Assembly: GCA_963733195.1 (NCBI GenBank)
Contig: CAVTCR010000034.1
Coordinates: 1 to 28,679, forward strand
DNA from: an uncultured delta proteobacterium
GTDB lineage: Bacteria; Desulfobacterota; Binatia; Bin18
Length of the DNA: 28,679 nucleotides
Direction of reading: 5' to 3'
The translations under genes and the position numbers were made by a program. The notes under the pieces are model-generated. The model did not search any database and was not told the DNA's origin. It saw only the letters and a program-made list of their open reading frames with translations. Below are positions 7,567-17,011 of this stretch, in pieces; position 1 is the first letter of the stretch; each line of letters begins with the position of its first letter.

Positions 7567-8516
7567 TCAAACTCCTTCGAGTACCCGTTTTAATTTTGGA
7601 GAGACATTGTTAAAGGGAGATTCCGTCGCTTAATGTCTTACGAAGCTTCAAATACCCCTGGTTCTCAAGAACGTGCAAGGCATGATCCACTAAGATTTGT
7701 TGGGCTCCGACATTCTCGGTTATAGACACACTGTCTTGTAGGTTCTCGTTGACGATTTTCGCGATAACGTTGGTGAGAAGCTCCTTATAACTTGCGACGT
7801 AGTTATTCACATAGCGGTCAAATCCAAAAAGGGAAACAGTTAGGCTAGGAGGGAGATCCACCGATGACTCCAAGTAATTCGATATAGCCCTCGTGCTCGA
7901 AGCACTTCGAATGAATCTCTCATTCCTGTTCTGATAAACCAAAGGTGGCGGTTTGAGATAAAACCTGGTCTGTGTCGATAAACATCTGACCCTGTTCTAA
8001 TTGCGATCTCACATGCAACCTTCAGGACAAGGTTGTCAACTTTGGCGAGTTGATCGATCGTGATGATACTCGATTTTGACGTAAGCAGGAGAGACATCGA
8101 GAGGCTGTTTTTCTCGGTGCCCGTAGATAGACATTACAATCCTATCGAACTCTTAGCGTCGCATATTGTTCGAGGGTCGTGGATTCGTTCCCATAGTATG
8201 GTTTTCAAACATTCCGGGATGTTGCATTCCTCGAATTACGATCGGAATCAATTTTGTTGCCTGCTCGATTTTCTTGACCATCGCAGCATCGAGTTCTTCA
8301 AACCTAAGGTTTGTTAACCTATTGTGACACGATCCAATTATACGGCGTTCGCCTCTTAAGACCATCCTCTTTAAAAGATCTTACGCACAAGGCTATCAAC
8401 AAGTGGCATTCCCATAGGTTAGTGAAAAGCACGAAATGTTTCTCCCGTCAATGTTTGGAAAAGCTAAGAAAAAGGGTTCTTGTTTCATCGCATGACTCAA
8501 ATACTTTGGGATTCAT
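7567..8516 (-). pseudogene. TIR-domain protein cassette, heavily frameshifted
   Basis: Pieces across frames: MNPKVF.SH, WE, SLVRKIF, EELDAAMVKKIEQATKLIPIVI, IVMSIYGHREK, then a C-terminal region ending ...KLKRVLEGV*. These match the TIR_2 family pattern. Confidence 0.75.
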
Positions 8517-8543
8517 ATTTCGAAAGACCTTTTTCGCTATGGC

Positions 8544-8643
8544 ATCTAACGCTCTCGCGCACCGCGAGCGGCCCACTCGCGGCCTTTCAGATTCATTTTC
8601 ATCACGCCACAGGGCCGCGATGCGGTGGCGCGGCTGGTTAGGG
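8544..8643 (-). other. attC site (100 bp, intact; empty IS target)
   Basis: Canonical layout on the minus strand: R'' CCCTAAC, 5 nt, L'' GCGCCACC ... L' GGTGCGC, 6 nt, R' GTTAGAT, with the extra base in L''. Confidence 0.92.
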
Positions 8644-8653
8644 CGCCTCTTTG

Positions 8654-9173
8654 CTACCACTGCTCCCAAAACACGCGCAGTCCAGTTCTCCCATCGTTTG
8701 TCTGAACTATCATCGTTTCGAGTTCGTGCCCATCTGGAAAGCAGAAGTTAAAGAAATTTCTCCGACTGCGAATACCCTGAGCTGCTGACGTGAGATGCCT
8801 AAGTCCTCAGCCATGTTGCACTCTTGCGGCATAGAAGATCGTCCGTTGGTAAGTAGTTCCATCTCCATAGGCAGAGGAATGCATGAGGTGCCGTTGTTCC
8901 TTATTGACTTGCCCGGCTCCGGTGAGCGAATCCGGAGCATCCCCCTGCTCCAAGTATGCCAACACCCACGTGCCGTCATCCAGAAACAGAGTGAAGCCGG
9001 AATTCCCCAATTTCCCACGAAAGGACCGTGCGACCAACCACCAGCGCCTTGAGCGGCTGCAGATACTGCCAATAGGAAGAGTCTCCAAGCCGATCGAATT
9101 CTTGCAAAACCTCCGGCGGTACTTCCGCGTATTCGGGGGGCTTAGCATGCCTTGTCATGATGTCTTGGCTCAT
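8654..9173 (-). pseudogene. Hypothetical cassette protein, frameshifted
   Basis: Overlapping ORF pieces from MSQDIMTRHAKPPEY to ...FCFPDGHELETMIVQTNDGRTGLRVFWEQW* join into one gene ending just before the attC. Confidence 0.55.
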
Positions 9174-9245
9174 GCCACTCTCACAATCTGACCGGGCGCG
9201 TGTGACGCACTCTCGTATTGCACCTCCCTGGATTGTAAGAGATCG

Positions 9246-9530
9246 CTACGTTGTTGAGAACCAGTACTCCTCCATCTTCTTGAAGAAACTCTTTTGGCAT
9301 TGGATAGTCGACCTTAAGCGTTTCTCCGCTTCCATGCCGTACTTCGGACACAGGCCGTTTGCCCAATTTATGCGCATTAGTGTCCACCCATCTCTAATTT
9401 CAGAAGGTGGAAAAAGTCAAGAAATAGAAGCATCCGCACTGTTCGCTTTCCAGGATTTCCTTCCGGTGGTGACTGGAGTGTTTGAACCCGCGTGTGAAAT
9501 AACCGGGTATAGACCTTGGTATCTTTGGCG
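9246..9530 (-). pseudogene. Small Cys-rich conserved protein (H.HSS.HR.EIL.S..CGCFY family), frameshifted
   Basis: KHSSHHRKEILESEQCGCFY ... VDTNAHKLG ... DYPMPKEFL ... MEEYWF across frames. The start is uncertain. Confidence 0.6.
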
Positions 9531-9786
9531 CCCAACCATTGATTAACTTGCCATTTTGCCCTGATAATACGATATTAGCTGAGGTTTTAGGCAGTTTTGC
9601 CCTGTGTCGATTATCAATAACCTCAAGACGCCATGGCGGAGACCTGATATGCCTGACACGACGAGAAGTCAACAACCAAAACTCCTCGATGACGTCCGTA
9701 ACGTGCTTCGTCTTCATCACTACTCCATTCACACTGAGCGCTCCTAAAGAAGCAGAGAAAGTGGAGGAGTAGTGTTGAATACAATC

Positions 9787-10005
9787 TCACTGTGTGTCAA
9801 GGAACGAGCCAAGAAACAAACATCTGATGGTGGAGGTCGTCAGGGGTAGTAGGAACTCACGAAGGATGTCTTCAGTCGTGAGCCCCTGCTGGTACTGAAT
9901 CGCCACGGAGTTCACCAGAAAGCGGACGCCTTTGATCACTGGGCGTCCACCACAAACTCCGCGCTTCTGCTCGATGTAGGGATGAGTTTTTCTAGACCCT
10001 GCCAT
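9787..10005 (-). CDS. DUF433-domain protein, probably 3'-degenerate, with no cognate toxin seen
   Basis: HPYIEQKRGVCGGRPVIKGVRFLV...GLTTEDILREF. Confidence 0.75.
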   Translation of the reverse strand: MAGSRKTHPYIEQKRGVCGGRPVIKGVRFLVNSVAIQYQQGLTTEDILREFLLPLTTSTIRCLFLGSFLDTQ

Positions 10006-10065
10006 GATGAATACCTATAGGGCAAACACACCGAGATGTGGAGGGATGAGAAACCTCTGGATTAT

Positions 10066-10131
10066 GGCGGGCACAGCCCGCCCTACGGCGCAGACCTCTG
10101 CCGTCCTCGTGTAGGGCAGGCTGCGCCTGCC
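10066..10131. repeat. Pair of oppositely oriented GTAG-type REP elements
   Basis: GTAG-GGCGGGC-TGT-GCCCGCC on the minus strand (10066-10086) and GTAG-GGCAGGC-TGC-GCCTGCC on the plus strand (10111-10131). Confidence 0.75.
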
Positions 10132-10146
10132 GAATGTAGCTGACGG

Positions 10147-11304
10147 TTACGCCGCTAATAGTTGCTTTTCATTAAAACCGTACAGTTTGAGGCAGTTCTC
10201 CCACATGATCTTGCGTTTGGACTTCTTGCTCACGCCTGGCAGTTCCAAGAATGTCTTGAGACCATTAGGAAAAGGGCCGTCAGCATGGGGATAATCCACT
10301 GACATGACGATGTTATCGTCACCGACCTCATCAACAACAACCTTCAGAAGATCTTCATCGACATCCGTGCCAATGAAGCACTGGCGGCGGAAAAATTCGC
10401 TCGGCTTCATGTCGAGCTTGATCTTCTCTCCGCCACCATATTTCTTCCATTGGTCATCCAGACGATGGATCCACCACGGTAGCCAACCACAATTCCCTTC
10501 GAGGAAGCCGACACGTAACTTCGGGAAACGTTGGAGCACACCACCAACGATCATGCCGCTCATGGCGAGCATTAGCTCAAGCGGAAACGCTGACGCATGA
10601 TTCTGCGTGCGAAAGTTTGGCTTGCCACGGAAGCGATTGCTGACATAATCTTGTGAGGCACCACCACTGGTACCGTGGAAAGCAATTGGCACATTGAGTC
10701 GAGAGATTTCTTTCCACAGAACATCGCATTCGGGTGAGTGAACATAGCGATCTTTGATCGGCATCGGCATGAGGATCACGCCGACATGCCCTTTCTTTTC
10801 GACGGCGCGACGAGCTTCTGCTGCGGCTAACTCTGGATCATGGAGCGAAATAATCGCTGCTGGTTTGAGGCGCTTTGGATTGACGTTGCAATAATCAGCC
10901 AACCAATCGTTAAAGGCCGCGCAATATGCTGTGGCATAGGTAGGCTTGAGGGTATCAATCGACACCACCATATGGGCGAAAGTGCGATAGACAACGCCAA
11001 TATCGATCCCTTCGGCATCCATCGCTTTCAGTGTTGACTTCGAGTCGTACCCACGTTTGCGCACGGACTTGTACATATGCTCCGTGGGTTTATCAAGGAA
11101 CTTTTGCGCTTTAACCACGTCTGCCGAGACCGCCCACGGGGGAATCATCTGCCCCTGGACATCCCAATGGGGGAAATTGGTCGGACTCAAGCCGAGATAC
11201 TTTGGCTTTTTGTCGCGATACTTCTCGTCGAGATACTTTTCGTACACGTCCCCGGTTTCGATGACGTGTAAGTCACTGTCGATGACATGAAGTCCGTCTT
11301 TCAT
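10147..11304 (-). CDS. Amidohydrolase_2-family metal-dependent hydrolase/decarboxylase
   Basis: VIDSDLHVIE, AFNDWLADYC, IAFHG, FLEGNCGWLP and SVDYPHAD motifs; AGGAGG RBS. Confidence 0.92.
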   Translation of the reverse strand: MKDGLHVIDSDLHVIETGDVYEKYLDEKYRDKKPKYLGLSPTNFPHWDVQGQMIPPWAVSADVVKAQKFLDKPTEHMYKSVRKRGYDSKSTLKAMDAEGIDIGVVYRTFAHMVVSIDTLKPTYATAYCAAFNDWLADYCNVNPKRLKPAAIISLHDPELAAAEARRAVEKKGHVGVILMPMPIKDRYVHSPECDVLWKEISRLNVPIAFHGTSGGASQDYVSNRFRGKPNFRTQNHASAFPLELMLAMSGMIVGGVLQRFPKLRVGFLEGNCGWLPWWIHRLDDQWKKYGGGEKIKLDMKPSEFFRRQCFIGTDVDEDLLKVVVDEVGDDNIVMSVDYPHADGPFPNGLKTFLELPGVSKKSKRKIMWENCLKLYGFNEKQLLAA

Positions 11305-11345
11305 TATCGTTTCGCCTCCTGCGGTCTGCTTTGGAGCCTAATTTT

Positions 11346-13523
11346 TCATACCGTAGCCCAGTGAGCAAGAAGAGCAACGACGTTGCGAATCAACCGCAGG
11401 CCAATGTCGTCGCCTAATGTGAGTATCGACTCTGGATGAAATTGTACTGCTGCGAGCGGAAGGGTGCGATGTTCGATCGCCATAATGACCCCATCGTCGC
11501 TTTCTGCTGTGACCTGGAGAGTCGGTGGCAGTTTCTCACGGATGGCGAACAGAGAATGATAACGAGCAGCAGTAAATTCAGACGGTAATCCTGCGAACAA
11601 TCGTCCGCCACATATTTGAATGCGCGACGGTTTACCGTGCATGGGATACTCAAGCATACCGAGTTCTCCACCAAAATGCTCAACTATCCCTTGCAGGCCA
11701 AGGCATACGCCAAACACTGGGAGGTTGCGTTGAATCGCTACTGTGAGTGTGCCAGAAACATCGAAATCTTTTGGTGTGCCCGGGCCAGGGGAAAGCACGA
11801 CCAGATCTGGCCGTATAACGTCGATCTCTCCTCGTGGAAATCCGGCGCGTAAGGTGACAACCTCAGCTCCAGTCTGACGCAGATAGTTTGCCAGGGTATG
11901 AACGAAGGAGTCTTGGTGGTCGACCAAAAGAATACGTTTTCCTTGCCCAGGGTATGGCGTGGTCCGTTTGATCTCAGTGGTGGCTCCGCGCGGTTGACGC
12001 AAGGCATCGAGGAAGGCTGACGCTTTGAGATGTGTTTCCTGTTCCTCTTCGTCAGGGTCGGAGTCATAGAGCAGCGTTGCTCCAACCCGAATTTGTGCAA
12101 CTCCGTCTTTGACACGGATTGTTCGCAAGGTGAGACCGGTGTTCATGTTACCGTCGAAGCCGAGCATGCCAACTGCTCCGCCATACCAGGCGCGTGGTGA
12201 CTTTTCGTGGTCTTCAATAAACTGCATCGCCCAGGCTTTGGGTGCACCGGTGACCGTGACCGCCCAGGTATGGGCCAAAAAGGCGTCGAGTGCATCAAAT
12301 TCTTCGCGCAGATGGCCTTCGACGTGATCGACGGTATGAATCAAGCGTGAATACATTTCGATTTGCCGTCGCCCGATCACTCTCACACTGCCAGGTTTGC
12401 AGATGCGGGATTTGTCGTTACGATCAACATCTGTACACATTGTGAGTTCTGACTCATCTTTGGTGGAGTTCAACAGGCGCTGAATTTGTATCGCATCACT
12501 AATCGGATCGCCCCCACGGGCAATCGTGCCGGAGATTGGGCAGGTCTCGACTCGGTCGCCATCGACGCGTACGTACATTTCTGGCGATGCACCGACCAAG
12601 TACTCAGCCTGCCCCAAGTTAATAAGGAAACCATAGGGCGCGGGATTCCGCTCTCGTAAGCGACGGAAAAGTTCAGATGGAGGGGCAGGGCATGGGCCAA
12701 AGAATGTTTGCCCAGGGACGACTTCGAAGAGATCGCCACGACGAAATGCTTCCTTGGCAAGCCGGACTCCAGCTGCGTACTCACCGGGCTCATGATCAAA
12801 TGGGGACTCTACGCGTTCGCTGCTGACATATGGTTGGGCGATAGTCTCTCGAGTCAGACTTTGCGTTGACTGTCCGTTAATCTCAAAATCATACCGCTGC
12901 CGCACAGCTTGTTCGCGCTGATGGTCGACGAGAATCAGTTCGTCAGGCAGATACAACACGAGGTCGCGTTGATCGGCAGGCCGTTCCAGTCGCAAACGTA
13001 ATGGTTCGAACTGAAAGGCGAGGTCATAACCAAACGCGCCATAGAGGCCGAGATGTTGGTCTTCCGGACTAGAGAACATCTCGATTAACGCCCGCAGCAC
13101 CGAAAAGATCGACGGTTGCTTGCTGCGCTGTTCTTCGGGAAAACGACCTGCCGGTTGCGCAATCGTGCCGAGTAACTCTGTCGTTTGTTGATCAGCTTCG
13201 AGCACTGCGGGTAGTGCAGAGATAGTTGCTGTAATAGCAGGGAGCAGAACCTGTCCACGTTGATTGAGGGCGGAAATACGGAACTGCCGTTCACGCGAGG
13301 TGAGCATCAAGGGTGGATCAACAAACCCCATATCCCAGCGTGTGTAGCGACCGGGATATTCGTAGCTTGACGCAAGAAGCACGCCACGGTGACTATCGAG
13401 TGCATCGATGATCGGATCGATAGCCCCGTCAGTAAGGATCCCCTCGATCACGCGGCGAACTTTGATGCCGCCTTGTGTGAGGTACGTGTGGGCGCTGGGA
13501 ATGATTGCTGCTCTGTTGGCCAT
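11346..13523 (-). CDS. trpE: Fused anthranilate synthase TrpE(G)
   Basis: LLASSYEYPGRYTRWD, ELTMCTDVDRND, then a glutamine amidotransferase domain (DHQDSFV, SPGPG, GVCLG, QFHPES). Start placed at MANRAA behind an AAGGAG RBS. Confidence 0.96.
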   Translation of the reverse strand: MANRAAIIPSAHTYLTQGGIKVRRVIEGILTDGAIDPIIDALDSHRGVLLASSYEYPGRYTRWDMGFVDPPLMLTSRERQFRISALNQRGQVLLPAITATISALPAVLEADQQTTELLGTIAQPAGRFPEEQRSKQPSIFSVLRALIEMFSSPEDQHLGLYGAFGYDLAFQFEPLRLRLERPADQRDLVLYLPDELILVDHQREQAVRQRYDFEINGQSTQSLTRETIAQPYVSSERVESPFDHEPGEYAAGVRLAKEAFRRGDLFEVVPGQTFFGPCPAPPSELFRRLRERNPAPYGFLINLGQAEYLVGASPEMYVRVDGDRVETCPISGTIARGGDPISDAIQIQRLLNSTKDESELTMCTDVDRNDKSRICKPGSVRVIGRRQIEMYSRLIHTVDHVEGHLREEFDALDAFLAHTWAVTVTGAPKAWAMQFIEDHEKSPRAWYGGAVGMLGFDGNMNTGLTLRTIRVKDGVAQIRVGATLLYDSDPDEEEQETHLKASAFLDALRQPRGATTEIKRTTPYPGQGKRILLVDHQDSFVHTLANYLRQTGAEVVTLRAGFPRGEIDVIRPDLVVLSPGPGTPKDFDVSGTLTVAIQRNLPVFGVCLGLQGIVEHFGGELGMLEYPMHGKPSRIQICGGRLFAGLPSEFTAARYHSLFAIREKLPPTLQVTAESDDGVIMAIEHRTLPLAAVQFHPESILTLGDDIGLRLIRNVVALLAHWATV

Positions 13524-13603
13524 GGGGCTCTCCTTCTTAGTTGAGGAACCTGGTCCTACAAAGCAGCAGGACCGTAACCTCGTTCTGCGAGGCAGCGATC
13601 CTG

Positions 13604-13637
13604 AAAACAGAAAAGCCGCCTCGTATCCAAGGCGGCT
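13604..13637 (-). terminator. trp attenuator terminator hairpin
   Basis: Minus strand AGCCGCCT-8 nt-AGGCGGCT followed by TTTCTGTTTT. The upstream GGCGGC (13665-13671) can pair with the 5' arm as an antiterminator. Confidence 0.88.
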
Positions 13638-13673
13638 CCGTTGATTCTCGTTATACAACGTCCGGGCCGCCGA

Positions 13674-13724
13674 CTAAGGCAGCCACCACCAACAAAAATG
13701 CGTGCTCGGACGGTTGACAGACAT
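13674..13724 (-). CDS. trpL: Trp leader peptide MSVNRPSTHFCWWWLP (alternative start at 13733)
   Basis: Three consecutive TGG codons in a short ORF directly upstream of the terminator and trpE(G). Confidence 0.88.
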   Translation of the reverse strand: MSVNRPSTHFCWWWLP

Positions 13725-13787
13725 GCATGCCATGTTGGCAGGTTGGAAAAAGGTCGTCAAGAGCATAGAGTAAGAAACGGAGAATCG

Positions 13788-14345
13788 ATGAAAAACCCAT
13801 TTCTCATCGGAGAGAAAATCTACCTCCGCCCTCTAGAACGGGAAGACGCACCGCTCTTTGTGACGTGGCTAAACGATTATGACGTCACACGCACTTTAAA
13901 GGTCAAGGGACCGATCAATCGCCAGACCGAAGAAGCGTTTTTCGATAACCTCTATAAGAGTGAACGAGAGTTTGTGCTCGGTATCGTGATTCGCGCCAAT
14001 GATACGCTCATCGGTTCGACTGGGTTACGGGAGATAGATTTTCGCAACCGCCATGCCTGCTTTGGCATCCTCATTGGTGAGAAATCCGAATGGGGTAAGG
14101 GCTATGGTACCGAAGTCACACAGTTAATAACCCAGCATGCTTTTATGACCCTCAACCTCAATCGTGTATGGCTACACGTCCATGCGGACAACGAGCGTGG
14201 TATTCGGGCGTACGAACGCGCGGGGTTTAAGCGCGAAGGGATTCTCCGACAGGAACAGTTTCGCGAGGGGCGCTATCTCAATACCGTGACGATGGCGATT
14301 CTGCGTGAGGAGTGGGAACCGGGGAAGTCGTTGCCCCCAAATTGA
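13788..14345 (+). CDS. RimJ/RimL-family GNAT N-acetyltransferase
   Basis: IYLRPLERED, GILIGEKSEWGKGYGTE, NERGIRAYERAGFKREG; start at MKNPF behind GGAG. Confidence 0.92.
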   Translation: MKNPFLIGEKIYLRPLEREDAPLFVTWLNDYDVTRTLKVKGPINRQTEEAFFDNLYKSEREFVLGIVIRANDTLIGSTGLREIDFRNRHACFGILIGEKSEWGKGYGTEVTQLITQHAFMTLNLNRVWLHVHADNERGIRAYERAGFKREGILRQEQFREGRYLNTVTMAILREEWEPGKSLPPN

Positions 14346-14360
14346 GGCAGCCTCTGCGGA

Positions 14361-15842
14361 TCAGTCGAACGATCCTCTTGGCGCCATAGTTCCCACAATT
14401 GATTCTCGACTCTCTCTTTGTTGCGCCAATTGTGAAAGTATCTGCTGATGAGAATCTCGCGTGATGCGATAACGTGAGACAAACACGAGACTGAGAAAGT
14501 GCAACCCCATCAATCCTGGCCCGACAACGACCCCGAGTTGAAAGATCGTATCCGCTGATACCGTTCCGACCTGCGCACCTTTGGGAAACCCGATGAGATC
14601 AAGTGCGATCCCTGCCAGTAAGCCGCCCAACCCGGAAGTGGCTTTGCCGGTGAATGATAAAACCGAGAGAAATATCCCTTCTTGTCGCTTGCCAGTGAGC
14701 AGTTCGTGTTCATCGACAATATCCGCGAGCATGGAGGCAATGGTGATCTGCGCCATGATGATGATAGCAACAATGATCAAAACGTTGACAAACAATAGAG
14801 GAATAAGCAACGGAGTGCCGTTGGCAGGCATAATACCAAGGAGGCGAAGAAAAATTGGTAACGGACCAAATATGGTCGCAAAAAGCGCCAAACTGAGAAC
14901 GGTTTTCTTTTTGTCGAAGCGCTGCGTGAGCGGACGTGCAAGAGCAGAAGCAATGAGGGTCGCGATCATGTACGCGTACACCAGCACAGCAATCTGACCG
15001 GTGGAGAGGCCCCAGAAGTAGGTGCCAATGTAGAGGCCCATGACATCCTGAAATCCGGCTGACGCAGCAATAAACAGCGAGGCGCAGATCAGCATCAGGT
15101 AGGAATGGTTGCTGAGCGCCTCACGCAATTCTCTCAATAAACGGTGAAGTGAGAAGCGGACAGTCTGTGACGGCGTATGCAAGGTGGAAATCAGATGTTG
15201 GGTTCCTGCACTGGAGACGAGAATCGCCAAGGCGACAATGACAGCGCAGGCGAGAGCAAAAGTGCCGTATGCGTGCGGATTGAGACGACCATCGGCAAAC
15301 TGTGGAGACGGGGCGAAGAAGTAGAGATAGCCCATTTGGGCAGTAAGCAAACCTCCCATCCATCCGCAGAGATAGCGATAGGTCACGAGTGACGTTCGTT
15401 CGTCATAACCAGAGGTGATCTCTGGTAACATCGCACCGCTAGGGACCGTATACAAGGTCATCGCCGAGCGGACACCAACCGCCCACGTGGTCAACCAGAG
15501 AAACAGCCCCGTTTGCCCTAAGCCTGACGGTGGATTGAAGAGCAGAAAAAAACACACTGCCATCGGCAGCGCCGCACTATACATGAATAGATGGCGGCGA
15601 CCCCAGCGCGAGTGAAAATTGTCAGAGAGGGAACCTACCAAAGGATCAGTCAGCGCATCCACACACAAGGCGATAAAGATCGCCATGCCACTCAAGGTGC
15701 CGGACACGCCGAGCACCTGGTTGTAATAAAAAAGGAGGAAGACGTTGAAAGCAGTTTGTTTGGTGCCCTCGGCAATTGCACCTACGCCATAGAAGAGTTT
15801 CGTCCGCAGTGGGACGCGCTCAGGGGAATTGGCGGTGTTCAT
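14361..15842 (-). CDS. MFS transporter, GPH (MelB-like) sugar:cation symporter family
   Basis: DALTDPLVGSLSDN..SRWGRRH, YDERT and MLADIVDEHEL.TGKRQEG motifs; about 12 hydrophobic segments. Confidence 0.92.
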   Translation of the reverse strand: MNTANSPERVPLRTKLFYGVGAIAEGTKQTAFNVFLLFYYNQVLGVSGTLSGMAIFIALCVDALTDPLVGSLSDNFHSRWGRRHLFMYSAALPMAVCFFLLFNPPSGLGQTGLFLWLTTWAVGVRSAMTLYTVPSGAMLPEITSGYDERTSLVTYRYLCGWMGGLLTAQMGYLYFFAPSPQFADGRLNPHAYGTFALACAVIVALAILVSSAGTQHLISTLHTPSQTVRFSLHRLLRELREALSNHSYLMLICASLFIAASAGFQDVMGLYIGTYFWGLSTGQIAVLVYAYMIATLIASALARPLTQRFDKKKTVLSLALFATIFGPLPIFLRLLGIMPANGTPLLIPLLFVNVLIIVAIIIMAQITIASMLADIVDEHELLTGKRQEGIFLSVLSFTGKATSGLGGLLAGIALDLIGFPKGAQVGTVSADTIFQLGVVVGPGLMGLHFLSLVFVSRYRITRDSHQQILSQLAQQRESRESIVGTMAPRGSFD

Positions 15843-15974
15843 GTTGCGCTTCTTACCACGAGAACACGTATCGCGGCAGAGTAGGGGTAGGCTTTGAGTA
15901 GAGCTGTGTCCAGAATGACGAAGCGCGACGACCGACGTCTATTGGGAGGTGAGCACAAACTACACTCTTAACCC

Positions 15975-16799
15975 CTAATATCCTCTCAATACTTTCACTT
16001 GCTGTTCGATAAACGCTACCACATCATTCGTAAAACGCTCCGGCTCCTCCCAGTGTAAAGCATGACCAGCCCCGCGATAGACAGACAACCGTGAGCCAGG
16101 GATTGCGGTTACTAGCATATCCTGATCACTGCGCGGACAGTACATGTCCCGGTCACCCCAGATAATCAACGTCGGCGTGGTAATCTTTCCCAACTCTCCA
16201 GACCAATCTTCTTGCAGAAACGTCGAGAAGGTTGCCTGCCATACCCGCGCCGGGACTTTGAGACTTTCATTCACCACCATCTCGAAAAACGCTTCAGGTA
16301 CGGGCTGTGCCAGCGTACTTTGTTGAAACTCGCGCACGAGGTTCGGGTCTATCGGGTCGGTGAGGTTTGATACGACGCTGTCCCAGAACTCTTGCACGCC
16401 TGGGTTGTCGGGCAGGGTGGCGAACGACCCCACCAGCACAAGTCCCAAGAGGCGATCTGGGTAATCCAACGCAAAACGCTGCGCAACGCCACTGCCCATG
16501 GAATGACCGACAAGCACGGCGGTTTCAAGTTGGAGCATATCCATAAATGCCGCCACGTCTGCTGCGAAGTCATGGAATCCATAACCCGTCACGGGGCGAT
16601 CTGCATCACCGTGGCCACGTTGTGATAAAGCAAAGGCGTGGAGGCTCGGCGGAAAATGCGGCAGCACAAGTTCAAAGGAACGCCAGGAATCGGTGACCCC
16701 ATGTAGCAAGATTACCGGCATGCCGCGAGGGTCGCCTTGCTCGACGTAAGGAAGTGTCACCCCGGTAGGGAGCGCAATGGATTTGAGATTGAGTGTCAT
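15975..16799 (-). CDS. Alpha/beta fold hydrolase
   Basis: LLHG, GHSMG nucleophile elbow, WGDRD and GAGHALH. Confidence 0.93.
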   Translation of the reverse strand: MTLNLKSIALPTGVTLPYVEQGDPRGMPVILLHGVTDSWRSFELVLPHFPPSLHAFALSQRGHGDADRPVTGYGFHDFAADVAAFMDMLQLETAVLVGHSMGSGVAQRFALDYPDRLLGLVLVGSFATLPDNPGVQEFWDSVVSNLTDPIDPNLVREFQQSTLAQPVPEAFFEMVVNESLKVPARVWQATFSTFLQEDWSGELGKITTPTLIIWGDRDMYCPRSDQDMLVTAIPGSRLSVYRGAGHALHWEEPERFTNDVVAFIEQQVKVLRGY

Positions 16800-16865
16800 A
16801 TGTGTATCCTCTTTGTACGAAGTTATCTAAGAAGTATAAGGTAATGATGTCATTTGTGGCAGCCC

Positions 16866-16968
16866 GTCATTCCAGGCGAGCCTGCCCCGTACTCGATACG
16901 GGGGCCGAAGGCTCGCGACCCGGAATCCAGGAAGAAAAAATCAGGATTCCCGCTTTCGCGGGAATGAC
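16866..16968. repeat. Composite palindromic intergenic element (GTCATTCC...GGAATGAC) with a nested hairpin
   Basis: Terminal inverted repeat GTCATTCC/GGAATGAC, an ATTCCC-N8-GGGAAT unit, and nested CCCCGTA-CTCGA-TACGGGG. Confidence 0.7.
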
Positions 16969-17011
16969 ACGACCACTGTTTTCTTATCATTCTCACTGTG
17001 ATGGTGGTGTA

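Noticed and set aside
1750-8643. The ~100-bp repeats as a CRISPR array or REP family
   Set aside because: They are separated by whole genes, follow stop codons and have attC R/L box geometry. No cas genes are present.
9530-9580. attI or another attC at GTTGGGC (minus strand, 9530-9536)
   Set aside because: It fits GTTRRRY and precedes a gene, but there are no complementary L boxes and no adjacent intI, so it cannot be supported.
13524-13787. N-terminal extensions of TrpE(G) (to 13658) and the GNAT (from 13641)
   Set aside because: They run through the attenuator; RBS-backed ATG starts lie at 13523 and 13788.
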